DNA of 64,000 bases, taken from the NCBI GenBank assembly GCA_030390025.1, contig CM059443.1, positions 28,768,001-28,832,000 on the forward strand, in the 5' to 3' direction. The notes beneath the pieces are model-generated. The model was not told where the DNA came from and did no database searches. It saw only the letters and a program-made list of their open reading frames with translations. Source of the stretch: Squalus acanthias (lineage: Eukaryota). A program made the translations under genes and the position numbers. Shown one piece after another: positions 26,933-37,996 of the stretch; the stretch's first letter is position 1; every line of letters starts with the position of its first letter.

Positions 26933-27377
26933 GAGAGACTCCACAGTTTAAATTGTTCCATTTTTGGGCCGTAGAGGTTGATTGGCATTGCAGGAACATG
27001 TATCTCCTAATTAAAAAGGTACTTACACTGTTGAGTACCAGCCCTAATTTTCTACGGCGTTGCCTGGAACTCTGCCCCTTGTATGTACAAGTTCAAATAC
27101 CGAGTTAAGCAAGAGATCAAGGGAAGGTCATCTTTCTGCTTGGAGCCACAGCTTTCCTGCTCTCAACAACCACCAGGGTCATGAGGCGTTTGACCTCATT
27201 GTACTTTCCTCCATCTAGACCTTGTTATTATAAACCTGTTTTATTTAGTGACTCTATTCTCAGACACAAAAACCTAACGAGGATAATCAAGTGATATTTT
27301 TTTTTAAATCATTTTAAAAATAATAACTTTTGTACTCACTTATTTCCTTGTCCTCTCTTCCCTTTGCTATAGCGAAT

Positions 27378-27740
27378 TCAACAACAACTTTGATGTACCG
27401 AAATGACCTGAGATGCTCCACAGGAACAAGGAAAAGCTTTGGACACTGAGCACAGATTGGGAGAAAGGTTAGGGGAGGTGATCGAAGGCGAGGTCATAGA
27501 GTTCAGTTTTGAGGAGCTTTTTGAAGAAGGGAAGGTGGACAGGTTTAGGAAGAGAGTTTGAGAGAGCAGGACCATGACGGCTGAAGGCTTGGCGTGGAGG
27601 GAGGTGGGCGCACAGTAGTCCAGAAGAGTGGTAGGTGTGAACTTCGATGTAGAGCCAGAGGAGCTTGGAAGCGGAGTTAAACCATGAAGGCCCTTGCAGA
27701 CAAGGATGAGGATTTTGAAGGACGAGGCATTGGAAGAGGA
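27378..27740 (-). mobile_element. Old, diverged L2 3' fragment
   Basis: (caa)n tail and degenerate similarity to 5548-5950. Confidence 0.55.
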
Positions 27741-28124
27741 GCCCCTCGAAGGGTCGACAACAAACTTGCTTCCAGCCCTTGGCTAATGTTGCTCTTGAGG
27801 TGACTGCTCAGAGTCTGGGTGACACACCCACCAATTAGCCTTCATTTACTGTTTGTGTGACAAAGATCAGCTCTGCTCAACACATTTCAATGGAACAACT
27901 AAGGTTGGGACCTTGCCTTGTGACGGCCCAAGTGTTCAAATTTGTAACCAAATATTCCGTGGCGTGGTACATTGATGCCAATGTACCATAATTTTAATAA
28001 AGCTTTTACATCTTTTAAACTCCACCAAGACATTTTTATAATAGTTATTTTAAGAATAAGAAATAGAATAACTCCATTAGAACAGCACAGTGCAGCTTTA
28101 AACTGTTTGCCTAAACCTAGTCAG

Positions 28125-28528
28125 CTGTGGCTCAGTGGGTAGCACCCTCAGCTCTGAATCAGAAGGTTGTGGGTTCAAATCCCACTCCAGAGACTTGAGC
28201 ACAAAAATCTAAGCTGACACTCCAGTACAATACTGAGGGAGTGCTGCACTGTTGGAGGTACCATCCTTCAGATGAGACGTTAAACTGAGGCCCTGTCTGT
28301 TCTCTCAGGTGGATGTAAAAGATCCCATGGCACTATTTCAAAGAAGAGCAGGGGAGTTATCCCCGGTGTCCTGGCCAATATTTATCCCTCAACCAACATC
28401 ATTAAAAACTTTGCTGTGCACAAATTGGCTGCTGCGTTTCTTACATTACAACAGTGACTGTACTCCATTGGCTGTAAAGTACTTTGGAACGTCCTGAGAT
28501 CTAGAAAGACACTATAAATGCAAGTCTT
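28125..28528 (+). mobile_element. tRNA-derived Deu-domain SINE (SacSINE1-like)
   Basis: A box TGGCTCAGTGG, B box GGTTCAAATCC, Deu core GATGAGACGTTAAAC...GATCCCATGGCAC...CCCGGTGTCCTGGCCAA, L2-like tail. Confidence 0.85.
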
Positions 28529-29011
28529 AAATATTCCGGGTTCATACAGCTTTAAAGAAATAGCAAGTAGCTGTTTGTTTGTATGGCAGCAGCATAAACC
28601 TGGAGCCTAACAAGGAAGAATGAAACAATACAGGAAATACCACAGTAAATGAGAGTGTTACAATGCACATAAAAGTGGATTAATGTTCCACCATTGTAAG
28701 ACTCATTAAACCTGCTTAGGGCAAACTTATGGATTTAGAATGTAATAAAAAAGTATAAATAGAGCATTGTGCAATTTGATTAAAGGCGATTTTTAAGGCT
28801 TTAAAACAAGAAGTACTGAGTTGTTTTCATGTAACTAAGATTATTGCCAAAGTAGGCATTAAGTTACCGTGGTAACATGTGCCCTGTCCTGCCAGCCTTC
28901 ATTCTTGTTTTAGGATGATTGGGTGAAAATTTTGATGATGACCAAGTCAAGTGAGTTTTACTAGCTTTGTTTAGTGGGATTCTAGACAACACAAGTGAGG
29001 TCATTTATAAT

Positions 29012-30003
29012 GACCCGTAATTTGCGGTCAGCGGCGAAGCAAAGGCGTTCGCCGCTGGCCCCGAAGTAAGCTTCCCACAAAGATCTCGTGATCTCTGTGG
29101 CGAGAAATTCGGCTTTTCCGACGTGCAGTTGAAATCAGCGTAGTCTAGTGGGAATCCCATAGTGCGAGCTGCTGTGACATCAACAAGCTGTCTAAGCAGC
29201 CAATCACATTGCAGAATCCTCACAGACAGGGAACCAGGAAATAGAAAGCACTAATAATCACTTTTTAAAAAATTTACAGAGAGCAAAATAAAGATTGGGA
29301 CATTCACATTGGATTAAGGTAGAAGCTGAAATATCATGAACAAACTTTAACATTTTTAAAATTAATTTTAAAATCTAATAATTTTTAACTTAATGGAGAA
29401 ATTTGACATTCCACCAATATAAAATTAGTTTTTCAGGGCCAGAACAGTTGTTTATCAGTAGTTATTACTCCGATCGCTGTTTAAAAACTCAATTACACCT
29501 CATTTGAATGGGTCTAACTTTTTATGGGGTTTCTAACAGTGATATTTGTTAGGAAAAGAACATAAGAATATAATAAATAGGAGCAGGAATAGGCCACTTG
29601 GCCCCTTGAGCCTGCTCCGCTATTCAATAAGATCATGGCTGATCTTGGCCTCAAAGTCACTTCCCTGCCCGCTCCCCATAACCCTTCACTCCCTTAGCTT
29701 GCAAAAATCTGTCTATCTCCACCTTAAATGTATTTAAGGTGGAGATAGACAGAAAAGGGGAAGTTTTTGTCAGATTAGTGACTTCACTGATTGCCGGCTC
29801 TGCAGGGGTCGGGGGGGGGGGGCGGTGGGGGAGTGCAGTTCACAGCGCAGCCTGTGGGGGATCAGTGAATGACCGACCTGCAACTTCAGGATTTCCGTGT
29901 TAGGCTGCGCATGCACTAAATCCTGAAGTTGCGATCAGCTTCAAAGGCGAAATGGTGGCGAACGTTGCCAGTTCACCGTCATCAAGACTAGAAGTTCCGG
30001 GCC
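29012..30003 (+). mobile_element. Harbinger-type family B copy 2, with nested minus-strand CR1 tail (approx. 29559-29753)
   Basis: Collinear with 20799-21520; termini GACCCGTAATTT/AAGTTCCGGGCC. Confidence 0.7.
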
Positions 30004-32131
30004 ATTACCTGACACTGGTACCTACCCACTGGCTGCATTGCGCAGTCAGCAGAATCTTGTCATAGTGTATGCTGACCTGAGTTTGATTTGCACCCACAAC
30101 CGCAACACAGCTTGCACATATATGCTTGATGCACGCACAGAGGTCTGCTCCCCTGACAATTCATTTTAATGTTAGGTAAGGGTGATTTGGAGCATTCACT
30201 TTCCCTTAGCATTAAAACTATTCCATTAAAAGCTATAAAAGGTAACTAGGACACTGGCCTTTCACTTCTGGGAGCTGGGTTCAAATAACGCTTCTGGCTG
30301 TGCTATTACCTGACCTGGGAGTGCTTGGTTCTGACACTGGATACCTGAATCCCCAGTGACAAGTTCCATTTCCCAGCACTAACATCCCTCACTTTGGTGA
30401 GCAGAAAAATATATTTTTTTAACGGTCCGATGCCACTCGGTACATTACACTTGTGACATGGTTTTGTAAGTTCTCACGCTGCTTGGTTCAGGACCCAACA
30501 CCAAGCTGTATTATTACATTTCGTGCCAAAATCACTTTGCACCGTCACAAATGTGACAGTATAACTAAGCACTAAGATCCTCACATCCCTGCCACTAATG
30601 CCTCCACTCAGCACTTGCAGTATTAAAGGCTATATGGACTGAAGCATGGCCGATAGACCTAACATACACCGCAGTTTCCATTCTCGTTCTCTTACCAGGG
30701 AAAATGGAGCTCTGTACCTGCCCACTAGATTATTGAAAAACACATTACTCTTTTTTTTCCAAGTAAAGTGGAAAAAATGTTAAGAGCTTACACTTCGTGA
30801 TCATAAACAAAGGGGTTGATTTTAACCATACCCGCCCAGCAGAAATCAGGCGGGTGGGTAGTTAAAAACGAGCAGACTACTTACCCGCTCAGATCCCGAC
30901 TCTTTTCAACCTCATCGCTGCGTTAAGGGGATAATGCTGAGATAATGTTCATGACTGATTTTCACCTAACCCCTTCCTTTGTTTATATGGGTATAAAAAA
31001 TTGTGTTGAGCATTCAACTCAGTTATCATTCCTTCATCCATTGACAATTAGAAAAATTCCCTCCCTATAGCAATCATCCTGCTCCCAATGAACAAGAGAC
31101 CTAAACTAACCAATTGAAATCGCTATACTTACAACCATTGCAATTATAAACTGTGATGTTATGATGTCACCACAATCTGCACCAAATGCAGCTTGTTATT
31201 TTATGATCTTTCCTAAAGTATAAAATGTATCATTTGTGTTTATACTCATGCTAGGACTGCGAAGTGGTTTACGTCTTGGTAAACCCCACTCACAATTTAT
31301 TCTACCTAATATTGAACTAAATGAACAAAACCAGTTCAGCCTGGCTTCAGTGAAACTGCCGATCTTTTCCAATTCCTTTCAAACCGGTCAACGGTATCCC
31401 TTCCCTGTTGTACATTCACTGCTATTAGTTCAATAAAAAGGTTCATCAATCCATAATTACCTCTAGTCTGAGACCCTGGCAAGATTCCTCAGTACATGTA
31501 ATGGGATTTGTACAATTAACAAACCATCCATCTAACCATGTAATAGCATGTGATGCTTCTACTGTGCCAACATTAACCCAAACCTCACAGGCGTACAATA
31601 ATGTAGTGTAACATAATCAGAATGGAAATTGCTGCTTTTTGATGACCTTATTATAACAGATAGAGGGGCCCAACCTATTCAGTACAGTAATTATAAAGAA
31701 GTCTGATTTACTTTGGGAACACAAGTTGTACGTTAACTTCTTTCTTCAAACATCTCACAGAACTTAAAAATGAGAGAGTTAAAAATCAATTGGAATTTAT
31801 ATATTTTTAAAAATCCTATAGGAGGTATAGTTTCTCTCAGATGCTTAAAATTACCACATAACAAAGTTCAACAATTATGTAAGAAGCAATAAGAAAATTA
31901 AAGTTAGCAAAAACAATGAACTTTATGTATGCATTTTTTTTCATTTTGCAGATATTTAATACAGAGACCTATAATGTACAGGACAGCATCTATAGGGTTA
32001 CAGAAATCGACACTGGTTGGTGCTGACCTCAGCTAGGATTCTCATGGAAGCCTGTTGAACTGTACCCTTTCAGGAGAAGAACGGAGCAAACTGGAAGGAC
32101 AAGCATATTCTGGTCTGCCATATAAAAGTAA

Positions 32132-32320
32132 CCATGATGTGGAGATGCCGGTGTTGGACTGGGGTGGACAAATGTGAGAAGTCACACAACACCAGGTTAT
32201 AGTCCAACAGCTTTATTTGAAATCACAAGCTTTCGAACCTGATGAAGGAGCAGCGCTCCGAAAGCTTGTGATTTCAAATAAAGCTGTTGGACTATAACCT
32301 GGTGTTGTGCGACTTCTCAC
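32132..32320. mobile_element. Penelope-like insertion made of inverted pLTR fragments
   Basis: 64-bp inverted arms (32172-32235 / 32259-32322), hammerhead core, 12-bp TSD ATATAAAAGTAA (32120-31, 32321-32). Confidence 0.82.
32236..32270 (+). ncRNA. Minimal hammerhead ribozyme core (Penelope-derived), stem I truncated
   Basis: aac-CUGAUGA-A-GGAGC agc GCUCC-GAAA-GC-UU-gug; stem I reduced to 2 bp at the inversion junction. Confidence 0.65.
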
Positions 32321-32548
32321 ATATAAAAGTAAATTAGCGCTTACAAGAATGCTGACCTTTTTTCACAGTTTCTGACTCGTCTTGTACTTCTGTGGGAAAA
32401 CAACCAATTAATAAGAGGAGCTGATACTTTTTCTTTAGCGTCCAATTGATTGCTTTTCAAAGTACAAATAATGAACCAATCGAAAAGCTTCCACATGAGC
32501 CACTCAGGCAGACACAAAAAAAATTGAATAGATTTATAATCTACAGAT

Positions 32549-33203
32549 GGGGTAGACTTTGACTTAGTGTCCACTGTGGCTCAGTGGGTAGCACTCTCGC
32601 CTCTGAGTCAGAAGGTTGTGGGTTCAAGTCCCACTCCAGAGACTTGAGCACAAAAATCTAAGCTGTCACTCCAGTGCAGTACTGAGGGGGTGCTGCACTG
32701 TCAGAGGTGCCATCTTTTTGATGAGACGTTAAACCGAGGCCCCGTCTGCTTTCTCAGGTGGATGTATAAGATCCCATGGCACTATTTCGAAAAAGAGCAG
32801 GGGTGTTATCCCCGGTGTCATGGCCAATATTTATCCCTCGATCAACATCATAAAAAAACATTATCTGCTCATTATCACATTGCTGTTTGTGGGAGCTCGC
32901 TGTGTGCAAATTGGCTGCCACGTTTCCTACATTACAACAGTGACTACACTTCAAAAAAGTAATTAATTGGCTGTAAAGCACTTTGGGACGTCCTGAGGTT
33001 GTGAAAGGCGCTATATAAATGCAAGTCTTTCTTTCTTTGTGTGATAGTGTAAAATGGGTGATGGCAAGTCGGCAGCCCATTTACATCTCATGATTTTTAT
33101 TTCCATTGAAGTCAGTGGAAATAAAAATAGTGAGCGATGTAACATGGGCTGCCGATTTGCTATCACCCATTTTACACTATTGCACAACGTCAAGATCTAC
33201 CCC
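32549..33203. mobile_element. Palindromic MITE interrupted by the DeuSINE
   Basis: Termini GGGGTAGACTTTGAC / GTCAAGATCTACCCC; long internal inverted repeat 33041-33184. Confidence 0.65.
32574..33037 (+). mobile_element. Full-length Deu-domain tRNA SINE
   Basis: tRNA head with A and B boxes, Deu domain, tail ...gcgctatataaatgcaagt(cttt)n. Confidence 0.88.
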
Positions 33204-33687
33204 AGTGTTTTTCTTTCGCTAAGTGTCTTGTATTTTCACGTTTCACTCATTCATTACAATTGAGCATTTACAATTAACATGAATTTACAGCTGAAGCTCA
33301 GAGACCAGTTATGGAGCACTAAAATTAGACAAGGCGAATGCTCCCAAAAATCGAACAGTATAAAATTGCTACATTCCTGAACCAGCCCTGAGGGATTGAG
33401 AGGGAACTAGAACCAAGCCTGTGGGCTGAGCACACCATGCATGTCAAGTACATGCTGAATTGTAGATAATTGTATTATTTTTAAACTGATTTTGAAATCC
33501 CTGGTGCAGAAAATACTGAGTAATGATGAACAGTGTTTTTCCATTTCCACTGCTCACTCCAGTCATTTGTTATTAGAAGAATTCATATTTAACCTGCAAA
33601 TACATGACAAATACTCACTGGTTTGCAGTATCTCCAATGGGGGAGGGGGAGCTGGCACGGCAGTGCTCATCTGCATGCCCAGCCATA

Positions 33688-34508
33688 GGGGGCGATTTTG
33701 TGAATGGGGGCGCGTTGGAGGCGGGACTGCTGCTTGTCGGGTCGATGTCCCGCCTCCATCGATTTGTGGCCAACCCACGCTATTTTCCTTTGATTGACCT
33801 TGTTAAGCTCGCCCAGCGGGCTTAGCAGGCCAATTAAGGGGAAGCCGGTTGCAGAGCATGTCAACGTATGACGTGTCATCTGTCAAAAAATTTTGACAGA
33901 TGAATTGTCATCGTTTGACAGCTCTGTGAAGCTGTCAAACAGTGACAATCTCTGCAGTTTGATGAGGTCTTGCATACAAGACCTCATCAACCTTCTTTCT
34001 TTTACAGAAATGAGATGGTTGTTGCATCTGAGAATGCAACGGCCATCTCTCATCTGCAACATGGAAGTGCGAGACTCTCCGCATACAAACCGACTGAAGC
34101 CTGCAGGAAGAAACAAAAGTAAGTACACTTTTAAAAACACTTTGCACTTACCTCAGATACTCACCTCTACACTCTTGCACCCATCCCTTACCTTCACACC
34201 ACACTTTTGCACCTCCCCAACCCCCGCAGACCCAGTACTCGCTGAGCTGAGCTGGCGGGTTTTGGAGCCTTCGGGAAGCCCGCACTTGTGAGGGCAAAAA
34301 GGGGATAATCCTATTTCCTGCCTGTTAACTACCTGTTAACAGGCAGTTAATAGGCTTTAATCCCTTCCCGCCTCCAAGGAGACGGGACCCGGCGCGGGAC
34401 GGCTACCCGCCTCCTAGGAAGATGGTTGGAGGCGGGTTTGGCCCCCGCTCCCAAATTCTGCCATTTTCCCAGCAGTCCCGCCTCCCCAGGGCTGGCAAAA
34501 TCGCCCCC
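33688..34508 (+). mobile_element. ~800-bp non-autonomous PIF/Harbinger element, copy 3 (diverged subfamily)
   Basis: TIR GGGGGCGATTTTG/CAAAATCGCCCCC, TSD ATA. Confidence 0.88.
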
Positions 34509-35371
34509 ATAGTCTTTCTGGGAAAATCTTGTTCCAGAAAATGTTTTCCTGCAGCTAATCTGCCTATTAGGGAGACTTCACCCACTGCAGGAAAAGGAAG
34601 TAGAGCCACCAGGTGTGTCTGTGGCTGTGTCCTTGCTGCGAGTAATCTGAAGATATCCTCAGCAAGGTCCTAGAATTGCTGTGCTGGGATGTTATGGTCA
34701 GTAATTAGATTTATTTTATTCATTGAAATCCAACACGAACTTTCATAAATTAGTGTGATACTGCCCTCTGGAGGAGAATTTGGGCATAATTAAGCTGCTC
34801 AAAGATGTTGTTTTAGCTGAAGTATGCAGACCAGGATTGTATTTTATAGTTTATATAAATGGTGTTTTTTTTATCATATGCATGATATTATTCATGGGAT
34901 TTAAGACCCTTTTATTCTATAGGTGCATCCATTGGCATCTAAGGGTACAAGTGGTAACACATGTATTTGATGTATTGTTGGTACACTTCAGCTGGGCATG
35001 TTGTTCTAAACTTTATTTTAAAGACATGCCCAAGGAAACTTATGCTTAAGGTTTGCCAGGAGGTGAGCTGCTAGAAAATAAACTGAATATACCATCTGTA
35101 AAGATGTTCAACGTTTCTTTCACTTTTGCAAGATTGTTTGTTACAACAGATTACACCCGCAGCACTTGCGAATGGCGAATCTTTCATTTTTGTCAAAGAA
35201 CTGTCAAGAGTCAAATATCTGGAGTAAATGATCTGCCTCATGTGATATTGAAGTATGCAGACCAGGAATGTGCTAGGTGTGATCCTTAGACTGTGCTGAG
35301 TTAACTGATCTCATTCAGGGCAGTAATAGGAGCATTAAATTAGCCTTATTGCCTCTGGACTAAGTAGGGGA

Positions 35372-36674
35372 GAAAGAAAGAACTTGCATTTATATAGCAC
35401 CTTTCACAACCTCAGGATGTCTCAAAGCGCTTCACAGCCAATGAAATACTTTTGAAATGTAGTCACCGTTGCAATGTAGGAAACGCGGCAGCCAATTTTA
35501 TGCACAGCAAGGTCCCACTAACAGCAATGGGATAATGACCAGATAATCTATTTTAGTGATCTTGATTGAGGGATAAATATTGGCCAGGACACCAAGGAGA
35601 ACACCCCTGCTCAAGTAGTGCCATTGGCTCTTTTACAACCACCATCAATGACCTTCCCTCCAACATAAGGTCAGAAATGGGGATGTTCGCTGATGACTGC
35701 ACAGTGTTCAGCGCCATTCACAACTCCTCAGATAATGAAGCAGTCCATGCCCGCATGCAACAAGACCTGGACGACGTTCCGGCTTGGGCTGATAAGTGGC
35801 AGGTAACATTCGCGCCACAGAAGTGCCAGGAAATGACTATCTCCAACAAGCGAGAGTCTAACCACCTCCCCTTGACATTCAATGGCATTACCATCGCCGA
35901 ATCCCCCACTATCAACATCCTGGGGGTCACCATTAACCAGAAACTTAACTGGACCAGCCACATAAATACTGTGGCAACAAGAGCAGGTTAGAGGCTAGGT
36001 ATTCTGTGGCGAGTGTCTCACCTCCTGACTCCCCAAAGCTTTTCCACCATCTACAAGGCACAAGTAAGAAGTGTGATGGAATACTCTCCACTTGCCTGGA
36101 TGAGTGCAGCTGCAACAACACTCAAGAAGCTCGACACCATCCAGGACAAAGCAGCACGCTTGATTGGCACCCCATCCACCACCTTAAACATTCACTCCCT
36201 CCACCACCAGCGTACCGTGGCTGCAGTGTGTACCATCTACAAGATGCACTGCAGCAACTCGCCAAGGCTTCTTCGGCAGCACCTCCCAAACCCACGACCT
36301 CTTCCACCTAGAAGGACAAGGGCAGCAGGCGCATGGGAACACCACCACCTCCAAGTTCCCCTCCAAGTCACACACCATCCTGACTTAGAAGTATATCGTC
36401 GATCCTTCAGCGTTGCTGGGTCAAAATCCTGGAACTCCCTCCCTAACAGCACTGTGGGAGTACCTTCACCACACGGACTGCAGTGGTTCAAGAAGGCGGC
36501 TCACCACCACCTTCTCAAGGGCAACTAGGGATAGGCAATAAATGCTGGCCTTGCCAGCGACACCCACATCCCATAAACAAATTTTAAAAAACCTGAGAGG
36601 ACAGACGGGGCCTCAGTTTAACATCTCATCTGAAGGATGGCACCTCTGACAGTGCAGCACTCCCTCAGTACTGC
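35372..36674 (-). mobile_element. DeuSINE split in two (35372-35637 and 36591-36674) by a LINE insertion
   Basis: The two halves join across ...cttttaca | acctgagagg... as in the intact copy at 32574. Confidence 0.8.
35638..36590 (+). mobile_element. CR1-group LINE, 5'-truncated RT/3' end
   Basis: INDLP...MFADDCTVF...WADKWQVTFAP.KC...ILGVT...IYKAQVRSVMEYS; one in-frame stop near 35990. Confidence 0.9.
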
Positions 36675-36724
36675 GATGGCCGTGATGCCAATTTGTCACC
36701 CGTTTCAAGCGGAAGTCAAATTTT

Positions 36725-37755
36725 GCGGCCTGTGTATCTTGACTTCAAAAAGCCTTTGACGAAGTTCCACAAAAGGGTACTAAATAAAATTGAATCTTGT
36801 AGAATTGGCGAGCAGATTTTGGGTTGAATTGGTTGCATTCCCGCAGACAGAAAGTAGTTATTAACGGCTGTGGTTCTCTGTGGAGACCGGTTGCTAGTGT
36901 CCTCCCGGCAGGGCTGCTGCTCTTCACTGTCTTTATAAACGACCTGGCTGAAGGTGTTGGGAGAACTATTCACAAGTTCGTAGATGAGGTAAAGAATGTG
37001 TGCGTGTAAGGTCCTTAGATGAAAAACAATTGCAGCAGGCTCTAGATGCGATGAGGGTATGTTCCTGTATCTGGCAAATGTTTTTTGATATAGATAAATG
37101 TAGCTTGATGCGCTTGGGCAGGGGCAACTCCAAGCATGTGTACATGCAGGGTTGCATGCTCAAGGCCGCTGAGTGGGAGAAGGACCTGGGAGTTATAGCG
37201 CATGAGTCATTAAAGGTCCATGTCAAGTACCCCGAGGCTATTGTAAAAGCAAATAGGATGTTATATATTGCCAGGACAATTAGATATAAAACAAGATCCT
37301 TTCTCGATATAGGACTTTAGTCAGGTCATATCTAGAATACTGTGTCCTGTTTGGACCCCTCAAGTGGTGGGTGATAGACAGGCCCTGGAAAAGATTCAGA
37401 GTAGTGCTACTAGATTGATACCTAGTTTAAGGGCTCTCAGTGACCAGGATAGACTAAGAGAGATGGGTCTTTTTACTTTAGAAACAGTAAACTTTGAGGA
37501 GATTTGATTGAGGACTTCAAAATAATGAAAGGATTAGACTCGGTCCAAGTGGATAGGCTATTCAAGTTAGATAGGTTAGGGAGGACCAGAGAACATAAGT
37601 ATAAGCTATGTAAGCACAGAACTAGGATAGATATGAAGAGGCACTTCTTTACAAAGACAGTTGTCAACCTCTGGAATAAGTTGCTGGCACGTACAGCGAG
37701 TGCGGATTCAATGCAAGCCTTCAAAAGGGAGCTGGATGAGTTCCTGAGAGTGGCT
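36725..37755 (+). mobile_element. Old, degenerate CR1 RT fragment
   Basis: Frameshifted YLDFKKAFD, EKDLGV, FFTKTVVNLWNKL motifs. Confidence 0.8.
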
Positions 37756-37996
37756 AATATATCTACTGTTACATGGCCCTACTGTCTCGGAGCCTCCTTT
37801 CTCCTACAAACAGTAGTCCTGGAAAACTGTCCAACTCTCAGCCTTTTCTTCTCTTCTCTTCAACCTCACCTTTTATGCTCAGCTGGCTGGGCAAAGTCTC
37901 CCCCACCCCCCCCCCCCGCCGCCCCCAACTCCAGTTGCAATTACTTTTAAAAGGCAAGGTTCTTAAAGGGGCCCTACAATTCCTCTTAAAGGTATG

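Noticed and set aside
28125-28195. tRNA gene (also 32574 and 40160)
   Set aside because: The A/B boxes are the heads of DeuSINEs and run straight into SINE body sequence.
30245-30290. LF-SINE-like head near an Islet gene (by analogy to the LF-SINE enhancer of ISL1)
   Set aside because: Only about 35 bp of generic tRNA-head similarity; no LF-SINE body is recognisable.
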